DNA of 64,000 nucleotides from Eledone cirrhosa (lineage: Eukaryota), in the NCBI GenBank assembly GCA_964016885.1, contig OZ024740.1, forward strand, positions 37,572,001 through 37,636,000, in the 5' to 3' direction. Position numbers and translations under genes: made by a program. Each line of letters opens with the position of its first letter. Position 1 is the first letter of the stretch. This document shows, piece by piece, positions 1 to 12,500 of this stretch. The notes under the pieces are model-generated. The model was given only the letters and a program-made list of their open reading frames with translations. It was not told the origin of the DNA and ran no database searches.

Positions 1-1555
1 GTGACAGAATATATAGAACACAGTGACCCCTGTTAAAGGTAGACATGTGACAGAATATATAGAACACAGTGACCCCTGTTTAAGGTAGACATGTGATAGA
101 ATATATAGAACACAGTGACCCCTGTTAAAGGTAGACATAGGACAGAATATATAGAACACAGTGACCCCTGTTAAATGTAGACATGTGACAGAATATATAG
201 AACACAGTGACCCCTGTTTAAGGTAGACATGTGATAGAATATATAGAACACAGTGACCCCTGTTAAAGTTAGACATAGGACAGAATATATAGAACACAGT
301 GACTCCTGCTAAATGTAAACATGTGACAGAATATATAGAACACAGTGACCCCTGTTAAAGGTAGACATGTGACAGAATATATAGAACACAGTGACCCCTG
401 TTAGAGGTAGACATGTGACAGAATATATAGAACACAGTGACCCCTGTTAAAGGCAGACATGTGACAGAATATATAGAACACAGTGACCCCTGTTAAAGGT
501 AGACATGTGACAGAATATATAGAACACAGTGACCCCTGTTAGAGGTAGACATGTGACAGAATATATAGAACACAGTGACCCCTGTTTAAGGTAGACATGT
601 GACAGAATATATAGAACACAGAGTCCCCTGTTAAAGGTAGACATGTGACAGAATATATAGAACACAGAGACCCCTGTTAAAGGTAGACATGTGACAGAAT
701 ATATAGAACACAGTGACCCCTGTTAAAGGTAGACATGTGACAGAATATATAGAACACAGAGTCCCCTGTTAAAGGTAGACATGTGACAGAATATATAGAA
801 CACAGTGACCCCTGTTAAAGGTAGACATGAGACAGAATATATAGAACACAGTGACCCCTGTTTAAGGTAGACATGTGACAGAATATACAGAACACAGTGA
901 TCCCTGTTTAAGGTAGACATCGGACAGAATATATAGAACACAGTGACCCCTGTTAAATGTAGACAAGTGACAGAATATATAGAACACAGTGACCCCTGTT
1001 TAAGGTAGACATGTGACAGAATATATAGAACACTGTGAACCCTGTTTAAGGTAAACATGTGTCAGAATATATAGAATACATTGACCCCTGTTAAAGGTAG
1101 AAATGTGACAGAAAATATAGAACACAGTGACCCCTGTTTAAGGTAGCCATGTGACAGAATATATAGAACACAATGACCCCTGTTTAAGGTAGACATATGA
1201 CAGAATATATAGAACACTGTGAACCCTGTTTAAGTTAGACATGTGACAGAATATATAGAACACAGTGACCCCTGTTTAAGGTAGCCATGTGCCAGAATAT
1301 ATAGAACACAGTGACCCCTGTTTAAGGTAGACATGAGACAGAATATATAGAACACAGTGAACCCTGTTTAAGGTAGACATAGGACAGAATATATAGAACA
1401 CAGTGACCCCTGTTAAAGGTAGACATAGGACAGAATATATAGAACACAGTGACCCCTGTTAAAGGTAGACATGTGACAGAATATATAGAACACAGTGAAC
1501 CCTGTTTAAGGTAGACATAGGACAGAATATATAGAACACAGTGACCCCTGTTTAA
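1..1555. repeat. Variant block present in three copies (1-1555, ~4416-5970, ~7452-9006)
   Basis: The same order of rare variants recurs (ggcagac, gagtccc, atcggac, acaagtg, gtagccatgtgcc). Identical ORF translations at 447/4862/7898 and 723/5138/8174 give offsets of 4415 (96x46-1) and 3036. Confidence 0.9.
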
Positions 1556-3449
1556 GGAAGACATAGGACAGAATATATAGAACACATTGACCCCTGTTAA
1601 AGGTAGACATAGGACAGAATATATAGAACACAGAGACCCCTGTTTAAGGTAGACATGTGACAGAATATATAGAACACAGTGACCCCTGTTAAAGGAAGAC
1701 ATAGGACAGAATATATAGAACACAGTGACCCCTGTTAAAGGTAGAAAGGAGAGAGAATATATAGAACACAGTGACCCCTGTTAGAGGTAGACATGTGACA
1801 GAATATATAGAACACAGTGACCCCTGTTTAAGGTAGACATGTGACAGAATATATAGAACACAGTGACCCCTGTTAAAGGAAGACATAGGACAGAATATAT
1901 AGAACACAGTGACCCCTGTTAAAGGTAGAAAGGAGAGAGAATATATAGAACACAGTGACCCCTGTTAAAGGTAGACATGTGACAGAATATATAGAACACA
2001 GTGAGCACTGTTAAAGGAAGACATAGGACAGAATATATAGAACACAGTGACCCCTGTTAAAGGTAGACATGTGACAGAATATATAGAACACAGTGACCCC
2101 TGTTTAAGGTAGACATGTGACAGAATATATAGAACACAGTGACCCCTGTTTAAGGTAGACGTAGGACAGAATACATAGAACACAGTGACCCCTGTTTAAG
2201 GTAGACATAAGACAGAATATATAGAACACATTGACCCCTGTTAAAGGTAGACATGTGATAGAATATATAGAACACAGTGACCCCTGTTAAATGTAGACAT
2301 AGGACAGAATATATTGAACACAGTGGCCCCTGTTAAAGGTAGACATGTGACAGAATATATAGAACACAGTGACCCCTGTTTAAGGTAGACATGTAACAGA
2401 ATATATAGAACACAGTGACCCCTGTTAAAGGTAGACATGTGACAGAATATGTAGAACACAGTGACCCCTGTTAAAGGTAGACATGTGACAGAATATATAG
2501 AACACAGTAGCCCCTGTTAAAGGTAGACATGTCACAGAATATATAGAACACAGTGACCCCTGTTAAAGATGGACATGTGATAGAATATATAGAACACAGT
2601 GACCCCTGTTAAATGTAGACATGTGACAGAATATATAGAACACAGAGACCCCTGTTAGAGGTAGACATGTGACAGAATATATAGAACACAGTGACCCCTG
2701 TTTAAGGTAGACATAATACTGAATATACAGAACACAGTGACCCCTGTTTAAGGTAGACATAGGACAGAATATATAGAACACAGTGACCCCTGTTTAAGGT
2801 AGACATAGGACAGAATATATAGAACACAGTGACCCCTGTTTAAGATAGAGATAGGACAGAATATATAGAACACAGTGACCCCTGTTAAAGGTAGACATGT
2901 GACAGAATATATAGAACACAGTGACCCCTGTTAAATATAGACATGTGACAGAATATATAGAACACAGTGACCCCTGTTATAGGTAGACATGTGACAGAAT
3001 ATATAGAACACAGTGACCCCTGTTTAAGGTAGACATAGGACTGAATATACAGAACACAGTGACCCTGTTTAAGGTAGACATAGGACAGAATATATAGAAC
3101 ACAGTGACCCCTGTGAAAGTTAGACATGTGACAGAATATATAGAACACAGTGACCCCTGTTAAAGGTAGACATAGGACAGAATATATAGAACACAGTGAC
3201 CCCTGTTTAAGTTAGAGATAGGACAGAATATATAGAACACAGTAACCCCTGTTAAAGGTAGACATGTGACAGAATATATAGAACACAGTGACCCCTGTTA
3301 AATGTAGACATGTGACAGAATATTTAGAACACAGTGACCCCTGTTAAAGGTAGACATGTGACAGAATATATAGAACACAGTGACCCCTGTTATAGGTAGA
3401 CATGTGACAGAATATATAGAACACAGTGACCCCTGTTTAAGGTAGACAT

Positions 3450-6400
3450 GTGACAGAATATATAGAACACAGTGACCACTGTTAAAGGTAGACATGTGAC
3501 AGAATATATAGAACACAGTGACCCCTGTTAAAGGTAGACAGGTGACAGAATATATAGAACACAGTGACCCCTGTTAGAGGTAGACATGTGACAGAATATA
3601 TAGAACACAGTGAACCCTGTTAAAGGTAGACATGTGACAGAATATATAGAACACAGTGACCCCTGTTAAAGGTAGACATGTGACAGAATATATAGAACAC
3701 AGTGACCCCTGTTAAAGGTAGACATGTGACAGAATATATAGAACACAGTGACCCCTGTTAGAGGTAGACATGTGACAGAATATATAGTACACAGTGACCC
3801 CTGTTAAAGGTAGACATGTGACAGAATATATAGAACACAGTGACCCCTGCTAAATGTAAACATGTGACAGAATATATAGAACACAGTGACCCCTGTTAAA
3901 GGTAGACATGTGACAGAATATATAGAACACAGTGACCCCTGTTAAAGGTAGACATGTGACAGAATATATAGAACACAGAGACCCCTGTTAGAGGTAGACA
4001 TGTGACAGAATATATAGAACACAGTGACCCCTGTTAAAGGTAGACATGTGACAGAATATATAGAACACAGTGACCCCTGCTAAATGTGAACACGTGACAG
4101 AATATATAGAACACAGAGACCCCTGTTAGAGGTAGACATGTGACAGAATATATAGAACACAATGACCCCTGTTAAAGGTAGACAGGTGACAGAATATATA
4201 GAACACAGAGACCCCTGTTAGAGGTAGACATGTGACAGAATATATAGAACACAGTGACCCCTGTTAAAGGTAGACATGTGACAGAATATATAGAACACAG
4301 TGACCCCTGTTAAAGGTAGACATGTGACAGAATATATAGAACACAGTGACCCCTGTTAAAGGTAGACATGTGACAGAATATAGAGAACACAGTGACCCCT
4401 GTTAGAGGTAGACATGTGACAGAATATATAGAACACAGTGACCCCTGTTAAAGGTAGACATGTGACAGAATATATAGAACACAGTGACCCCTGTTTAAGG
4501 TAGACATGTGATAGAATATATAGAACACAGTGACCCCTGTTAAAGGTAGACATAGGACAGAATATATAGAACACAGTGACCCCTGTTAAATGTAGACATG
4601 TGACAGAATATATAGAACACAGTGACCCCTGTTTAAGGTAGACATGTGATAGAATATATAGAACACAGTGACCCCTGTTAAAGTTAGACATAGGACAGAA
4701 TATATAGAACACAGTGACTCCTGCTAAATGTAAACATGTGACAGAATATATAGAACACAGTGACCCCTGTTAAAGGTAGACATGTGACAGAATATATAGA
4801 ACACAGTGACCCCTGTTAGAGGTAGACATGTGACAGAATATATAGAACACAGTGACCCCTGTTAAAGGCAGACATGTGACAGAATATATAGAACACAGTG
4901 ACCCCTGTTAAAGGTAGACATGTGACAGAATATATAGAACACAGTGACCCCTGTTAGAGGTAGACATGTGACAGAATATATAGAACACAGTGACCCCTGT
5001 TTAAGGTAGACATGTGACAGAATATATAGAACACAGAGTCCCCTGTTAAAGGTAGACATGTGACAGAATATATAGAACACAGAGACCCCTGTTAAAGGTA
5101 GACATGTGACAGAATATATAGAACACAGTGACCCCTGTTAAAGGTAGACATGTGACAGAATATATAGAACACAGAGTCCCCTGTTAAAGGTAGACATGTG
5201 ACAGAATATATAGAACACAGTGACCCCTGTTAAAGGTAGACATGAGACAGAATATATAGAACACAGTGACCCCTGTTTAAGGTAGACATGTGACAGAATA
5301 TACAGAACACAGTGATCCCTGTTTAAGGTAGACATCGGACAGAATATATAGAACACAGTGACCCCTGTTAAATGTAGACAAGTGACAGAATATATAGAAC
5401 ACAGTGACCCCTGTTTAAGGTAGACATGTGACAGAATATATAGAACACTGTGAACCCTGTTTAAGGTAAACATGTGTCAGAATATATAGAATACATTGAC
5501 CCCTGTTAAAGGTAGAAATGTGACAGAAAATATAGAACACAGTGACCCCTGTTTAAGGTAGCCATGTGACAGAATATATAGAACACAATGACCCCTGTTT
5601 AAGGTAGACATATGACAGAATATATAGAACACTGTGAACCCTGTTTAAGTTAGACATGTGACAGAATATATAGAACACAGTGACCCCTGTTTAAGGTAGC
5701 CATGTGCCAGAATATATAGAACACAGTGACCCCTGTTTAAGGTAGACATGAGACAGAATATATAGAACACAGTGAACCCTGTTTAAGGTAGACATAGGAC
5801 AGAATATATAGAACACAGTGACCCCTGTTAAAGGTAGACATAGGACAGAATATATAGAACACAGTGACCCCTGTTAAAGGTAGACATGTGACAGAATATA
5901 TAGAACACAGTGAACCCTGTTTAAGGTAGACATAGGACAGAATATATAGAAAACAGTGACCCCTGTTTAAGGTAGACATAGGACAGAATATATAGAACAC
6001 AGTGACCCCTGTTAAAGGTAGACATGTGACAGAATATATAGAACACAGTGACCCCTGTTTAAGGTAGCCATGTGCCAGAATATATAGAACACAGTGACCC
6101 CTGTTTAAGGTAGACATGTGACAGAATATATAGAACACTGTGAACCCTGTTTAAGGTAGACATGTGACAGAATATATAGAACACAGTGACCCCTGTTTAA
6201 GGTATACATGTGACAGAATATATAGCACACAGTGACCCCTGTTAAAGATAGACATGTGATAGAATATATAGAACACAGTGAGCCCTGTTAAATGTAGACA
6301 TAGGACAGAATATATAGAACACAGTGACCCCTGTTAAATGTAAACATGTGACAGAATATATAGAACACAGTGACCCCTGTTAAAGGTAGACATAGGACAG

Positions 6401-9400
6401 AATATATAGAACACAGTGACCCCTGTTTAAGGTAGACATAGGACAGAATATATAGAACACAGTGACCCCTGTTTAAGGTAGACATGTGACAGAATATATA
6501 GAACACAGTGACCACTGTTAAAGGTAGACATGTGACAGAATATATAGAACACAGTGACCCCTGTTAAAGGTAGACAGGTGACAGAATATATAGAACACAG
6601 TGACCCCTGTTAGAGGTAGACATGTGACAGAATATATAGAACACAGTGAACCCTGTTAAAGGTAGACATGTGACAGAATATATAGAACACAGTGACCCCT
6701 GTTAAAGGTAGACATGTGACAGAATATATAGAACACAGTGACCCCTGTTAAAGGTAGACATGTGACAGAATATATAGAACACAGTGACCCCTGTTAGAGG
6801 TAGACATGTGACAGAATATATAGTACACAGTGACCCCTGTTAAAGGTAGACATGTGACAGAATATATAGAACACAGTGACCCCTGCTAAATGTAAACATG
6901 TGACAGAATATATAGAACACAGTGACCCCTGTTAAAGGTAGACATGTGACAGAATATATAGAACACAGTGACCCCTGTTAAAGGTAGACATGTGACAGAA
7001 TATATAGAACACAGAGACCCCTGTTAGAGGTAGACATGTGACAGAATATATAGAACACAGTGACCCCTGTTAAAGGTAGACATGTGACAGAATATATAGA
7101 ACACAGTGACCCCTGCTAAATGTGAACACGTGACAGAATATATAGAACACAGAGACCCCTGTTAGAGGTAGACATGTGACAGAATATATAGAACACAATG
7201 ACCCCTGTTAAAGGTAGACAGGTGACAGAATATATAGAACACAGAGACCCCTGTTAGAGGTAGACATGTGACAGAATATATAGAACACAGTGACCCCTGT
7301 TAAAGGTAGACATGTGACAGAATATATAGAACACAGTGACCCCTGTTAAAGGTAGACATGTGACAGAATATATAGAACACAGTGACCCCTGTTAAAGGTA
7401 GACATGTGACAGAATATAGAGAACACAGTGACCCCTGTTAGAGGTAGACATGTGACAGAATATATAGAACACAGTGACCCCTGTTAAAGGTAGACATGTG
7501 ACAGAATATATAGAACACAGTGACCCCTGTTTAAGGTAGACATGTGATAGAATATATAGAACACAGTGACCCCTGTTAAAGGTAGACATAGGACAGAATA
7601 TATAGAACACAGTGACCCCTGTTAAATGTAGACATGTGACAGAATATATAGAACACAGTGACCCCTGTTTAAGGTAGACATGTGATAGAATATATAGAAC
7701 ACAGTGACCCCTGTTAAAGTTAGACATAGGACAGAATATATAGAACACAGTGACTCCTGCTAAATGTAAACATGTGACAGAATATATAGAACACAGTGAC
7801 CCCTGTTAAAGGTAGACATGTGACAGAATATATAGAACACAGTGACCCCTGTTAGAGGTAGACATGTGACAGAATATATAGAACACAGTGACCCCTGTTA
7901 AAGGCAGACATGTGACAGAATATATAGAACACAGTGACCCCTGTTAAAGGTAGACATGTGACAGAATATATAGAACACAGTGACCCCTGTTAGAGGTAGA
8001 CATGTGACAGAATATATAGAACACAGTGACCCCTGTTTAAGGTAGACATGTGACAGAATATATAGAACACAGAGTCCCCTGTTAAAGGTAGACATGTGAC
8101 AGAATATATAGAACACAGAGACCCCTGTTAAAGGTAGACATGTGACAGAATATATAGAACACAGTGACCCCTGTTAAAGGTAGACATGTGACAGAATATA
8201 TAGAACACAGAGTCCCCTGTTAAAGGTAGACATGTGACAGAATATATAGAACACAGTGACCCCTGTTAAAGGTAGACATGAGACAGAATATATAGAACAC
8301 AGTGACCCCTGTTTAAGGTAGACATGTGACAGAATATACAGAACACAGTGATCCCTGTTTAAGGTAGACATCGGACAGAATATATAGAACACAGTGACCC
8401 CTGTTAAATGTAGACAAGTGACAGAATATATAGAACACAGTGACCCCTGTTTAAGGTAGACATGTGACAGAATATATAGAACACTGTGAACCCTGTTTAA
8501 GGTAAACATGTGTCAGAATATATAGAATACATTGACCCCTGTTAAAGGTAGAAATGTGACAGAAAATATAGAACACAGTGACCCCTGTTTAAGGTAGCCA
8601 TGTGACAGAATATATAGAACACAATGACCCCTGTTTAAGGTAGACATATGACAGAATATATAGAACACTGTGAACCCTGTTTAAGTTAGACATGTGACAG
8701 AATATATAGAACACAGTGACCCCTGTTTAAGGTAGCCATGTGCCAGAATATATAGAACACAGTGACCCCTGTTTAAGGTAGACATGAGACAGAATATATA
8801 GAACACAGTGAACCCTGTTTAAGGTAGACATAGGACAGAATATATAGAACACAGTGACCCCTGTTAAAGGTAGACATAGGACAGAATATATAGAACACAG
8901 TGACCCCTGTTAAAGGTAGACATGTGACAGAATATATAGAACACAGTGAACCCTGTTTAAGGTAGACATAGGACAGAATATATAGAACACAGTGACCCCT
9001 GTTTAAGGTAGACATAGGACAGAATATATAGAACACAGTGACCCCTGTTAAAGGTAGACATGTGACAGAATATATAGAACACAGTGACCCCTGTTTAAGG
9101 TAGCCATGTGCCAGAATATATAGAACACAGTGACCCCTGTTTAAGGTAGACATGTGACAGAATATATAGAACACTGTGAACCCTGTTTAAGGTAGACATG
9201 TGACAGAATATATAGAACACAGTGACCCCTGTTTAAGGTATACATGTGACAGAATATATAGCACACAGTGACCCCTGTTAAAGATAGACATGTGATAGAA
9301 TATATAGAACACAGTGAGCCCTGTTAAATGTAGACATAGGACAGAATATATAGAACACAGTGACCCCTGTTAAATGTAAACATGTGACAGAATATATAGA

Positions 9401-9521
9401 ACACAGTGACCCCTGTTAAAGGTAGACATAGGACAGAATATATAGAACACAGCGACCCCTGTTTAAGGTAGACATAGGACAGAATATATAGAACACAGTG
9501 ACCCCTGTTTAAGGTAGACAT
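3450..9521. repeat. Tandem duplication of a 3036-bp (66-monomer) unit: ~3450-6485 and ~6486-9521
   Basis: The marker gaccact sits at 3474 and 6510. ORF pairs 4356/7392, 4862/7898 and 5737/8773 are all offset by 3036. Only isolated substitutions were seen between copies (about 5951 and 9453). Confidence 0.9.
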
Positions 9522-12500
9522 AGGACAGAATATATAGAACACAGTGACCCCTGTTAAAGGTCGACATAGGACAGATTATATAGAACACAGTGACCCCTGT
9601 TTAAGGTAGACATGTGACAGAATATATAGAACACAGTGACCCCTGTTAAAGGTAGACATGAGACAGAATATATAGAACACAGTGACCCCTGTTTAAGTTA
9701 GACATGTGACTGAATATATAGAACACAGTGACCCCTGTTAAAGGTAGACATGTGACAGAATATATAGAACACAGTGACCCCTGTTAAAGGTAGACATCGG
9801 ACAGAATATATAGAACACTGTGAACCCTGTTTAAGTTAGACATGTGACTGAATATATAGAATACAGTGACCCCTGTTAAAGGTAAACATGTGACAGAATA
9901 TATAGAACACAGTGACCCCTGTTTAAGGTAGACATAGGACAGAATATATAGAACACAGTGACCCCTGTTTAAGGTAGACATAGGACAGAATATATAGAAC
10001 ACAGTGACCCCTGTTTAAGGTAGACATAGGACAGAATATATAGAACACAGTGACCCCTGTTTAAGGTACACATGTGACAGAATATATAGAACACAGTGAA
10101 CCCTGTTTAAGTTAGACATGTGACTGAATATATAGAATACAGTGACCCCTGTTAAAGGTAGACATAGGACAGAATATATAGAACACAGTGACCCCTGTTA
10201 AAGGTAGACATGTGACAGAATATATAGAACACAGTGACCCCTGTTAAAGGTAGACATGAGACAGAATATATAGAACACAGTGACCCCTGTTTAAGGTAGA
10301 CATAGGACAGAATATATAGAACACAGTGACCCCTGTTAAAGGTCGTCATAGGACAGATTATATAGAACGCAGTGACCCCTGTTTAAGGTAGACATGTGAC
10401 AGAATATATAGAACACAGTGACCCCTGTTAAAGGTAGACATCGGACAGAATATATAGAACACTGTGAACCCTGTTTCAGGTAGACATGTGACAGAATATA
10501 TAGAATACAGTGACCCCTGTTAAAGGTATACATGTGACAGAATATATAGAACACAGTGACCCCTGTTAAAGGTAGACATGTGACAGAAAATATAGAACAC
10601 AGTGACCCCTGTTTAAGGTAGACATGTGACAGAATATATAGAACACAGTGATCCCTGTTTAAGGTAGACATGTGACAGAATATATAGAACACAGTGACCC
10701 CTGTTAAAGGTAGACATGTGACAGAATATATAGAACACAGTGACCCCTGTTAAAGGTAGACATAGGACAGAATATATAGAACACAGTGACCCATGTTATA
10801 GGTAGACATGTGACAGAATATATAGAACACAGTGACCCCTGTTAAAGGTAGACATAGGACAGAATATATAGAACACAGTGACCCATGTTATAGGTAGACA
10901 TGTGACAGAATATATAGAACACAGTGACCCCTGTTTAAGGTAGACATAGGACAGAATATATAGAACAGATTGATCACTGTTAAAGGTAGACATGTGACAG
11001 AATATATAGAACACAGTGACCCCTGTTAAAGGTAGACATGTGACAGAATATATAGAACTCAGAGACCCCTGTTAAATGTAGACATGTGACAGAATATATA
11101 GAACACAGTGACCCCTGTTAAAGGTAGACATAGGACAGAATATATAGAACACAGTGACCCCTGTTTAAGGTAGACATAAGACAGAATATATAGAAAACAG
11201 TGACCCCTGTTAAAGGTAGACATAGGACAGAATATATAGAACACAGTGACCCCTGTTAAAGGTAGACATAGGACAGAATATATAGAACACAGTGACCCCT
11301 GTTTAAGTTAGAGATAGGACAGAATATATAGAACACAGTGACCCCTGTTAAAGGTAGACATGTGAAAGAATATATAGAACACAGTGACCCCTGTTAAAGG
11401 TAGACATAGGACAGAATACATAGAACACAGTGACCCCTGCTAAATGTAAACATGTGACAGAATATATAGAACACAATGACCCCTGTTAAAGGTAGACATG
11501 TGACAGAATATATAGAACACAGTGACCCCTGTTAAAGGTAGACAATGACAGAATATATAGAACACAGAGACCCCTGTTAAAGGTAGACATGTGACAGAAT
11601 ATATAGAACACAGTGACCCCTTTTAAAGATAGACATGTGACAGAATATATAGAACACAGTGACCCCTGTTAAAGGTAGACATGTGACAGAATATATAGAA
11701 CACAGAGACCCCTGTTAAAGGTAGACATAGGACAGAATACATAGAACACAGTGACCCCTGCTAAATGTAAACATGTGACAGAATATATAGAACACAGTGA
11801 CCCCTGATAAAGGTAGACATGTGACAGAATATATAGAACACAGTGACCCCTGTTAGAGGTAGACATGTGACAGAATATATAGAACACAGTGACCCCTGTT
11901 AGAGGTAAACATGTGACAGAATATATAGAACACAGTGACCCCTGTTAAAGGTAGACATGTGACAGAATATATAGAACACAGTGACCCCTGTTAAAGGTAG
12001 ACATGTGACAGAATATATAGAACACGGAGTCCCCTGTTAAAGGTAGACATGTGACAGAATATATAGAACACAGTGACCCCTTTTAAAGATAGACATGTGA
12101 CAGAAAATATAGAACACAGTGACCCCTGTTAAAGGTAGACATGTGACAGAATATATAAAACACAGTGACCCCTGTTAAAGCTAGACATGTGACAGAATAT
12201 ATAGAACACAGTGACCCCTGTTAAAGGTAGACATGTGACAGAATATATAGAACACAGTGAAGCCTGTTTAAGCTAGACATGTGACAGAATATATAGAACA
12301 CAGTGAAGCCTGTTTAAGCTAGACATGTGACAGAATATATAGAACACAGTGACCCCTGTTAAAGGTAGACATGTGACAGAATATATAGAATACAGTGACC
12401 CCTGTTAAAGGTAGACATAGGACAGAATATATAGTACAGAGTGACCCCTGTTAAAGGTAGACATGTGACAGAATATATAGAACACATTGACCCCTGTTAA

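Noticed and set aside
8-18. TATA-like AATATATAGAA as a promoter
   Set aside because: It is a short AT-rich motif in every monomer with no downstream gene or other supporting element.
20-33. Hairpin ACAG-N6-CTGT in each monomer
   Set aside because: A 4-bp stem is too weak and is expected by chance.
41-50. p53 half-site-like AGACATGTGA
   Set aside because: It matches only 8/10 to RRRCWWGYYY, and the half-sites are 46 bp apart rather than adjacent.
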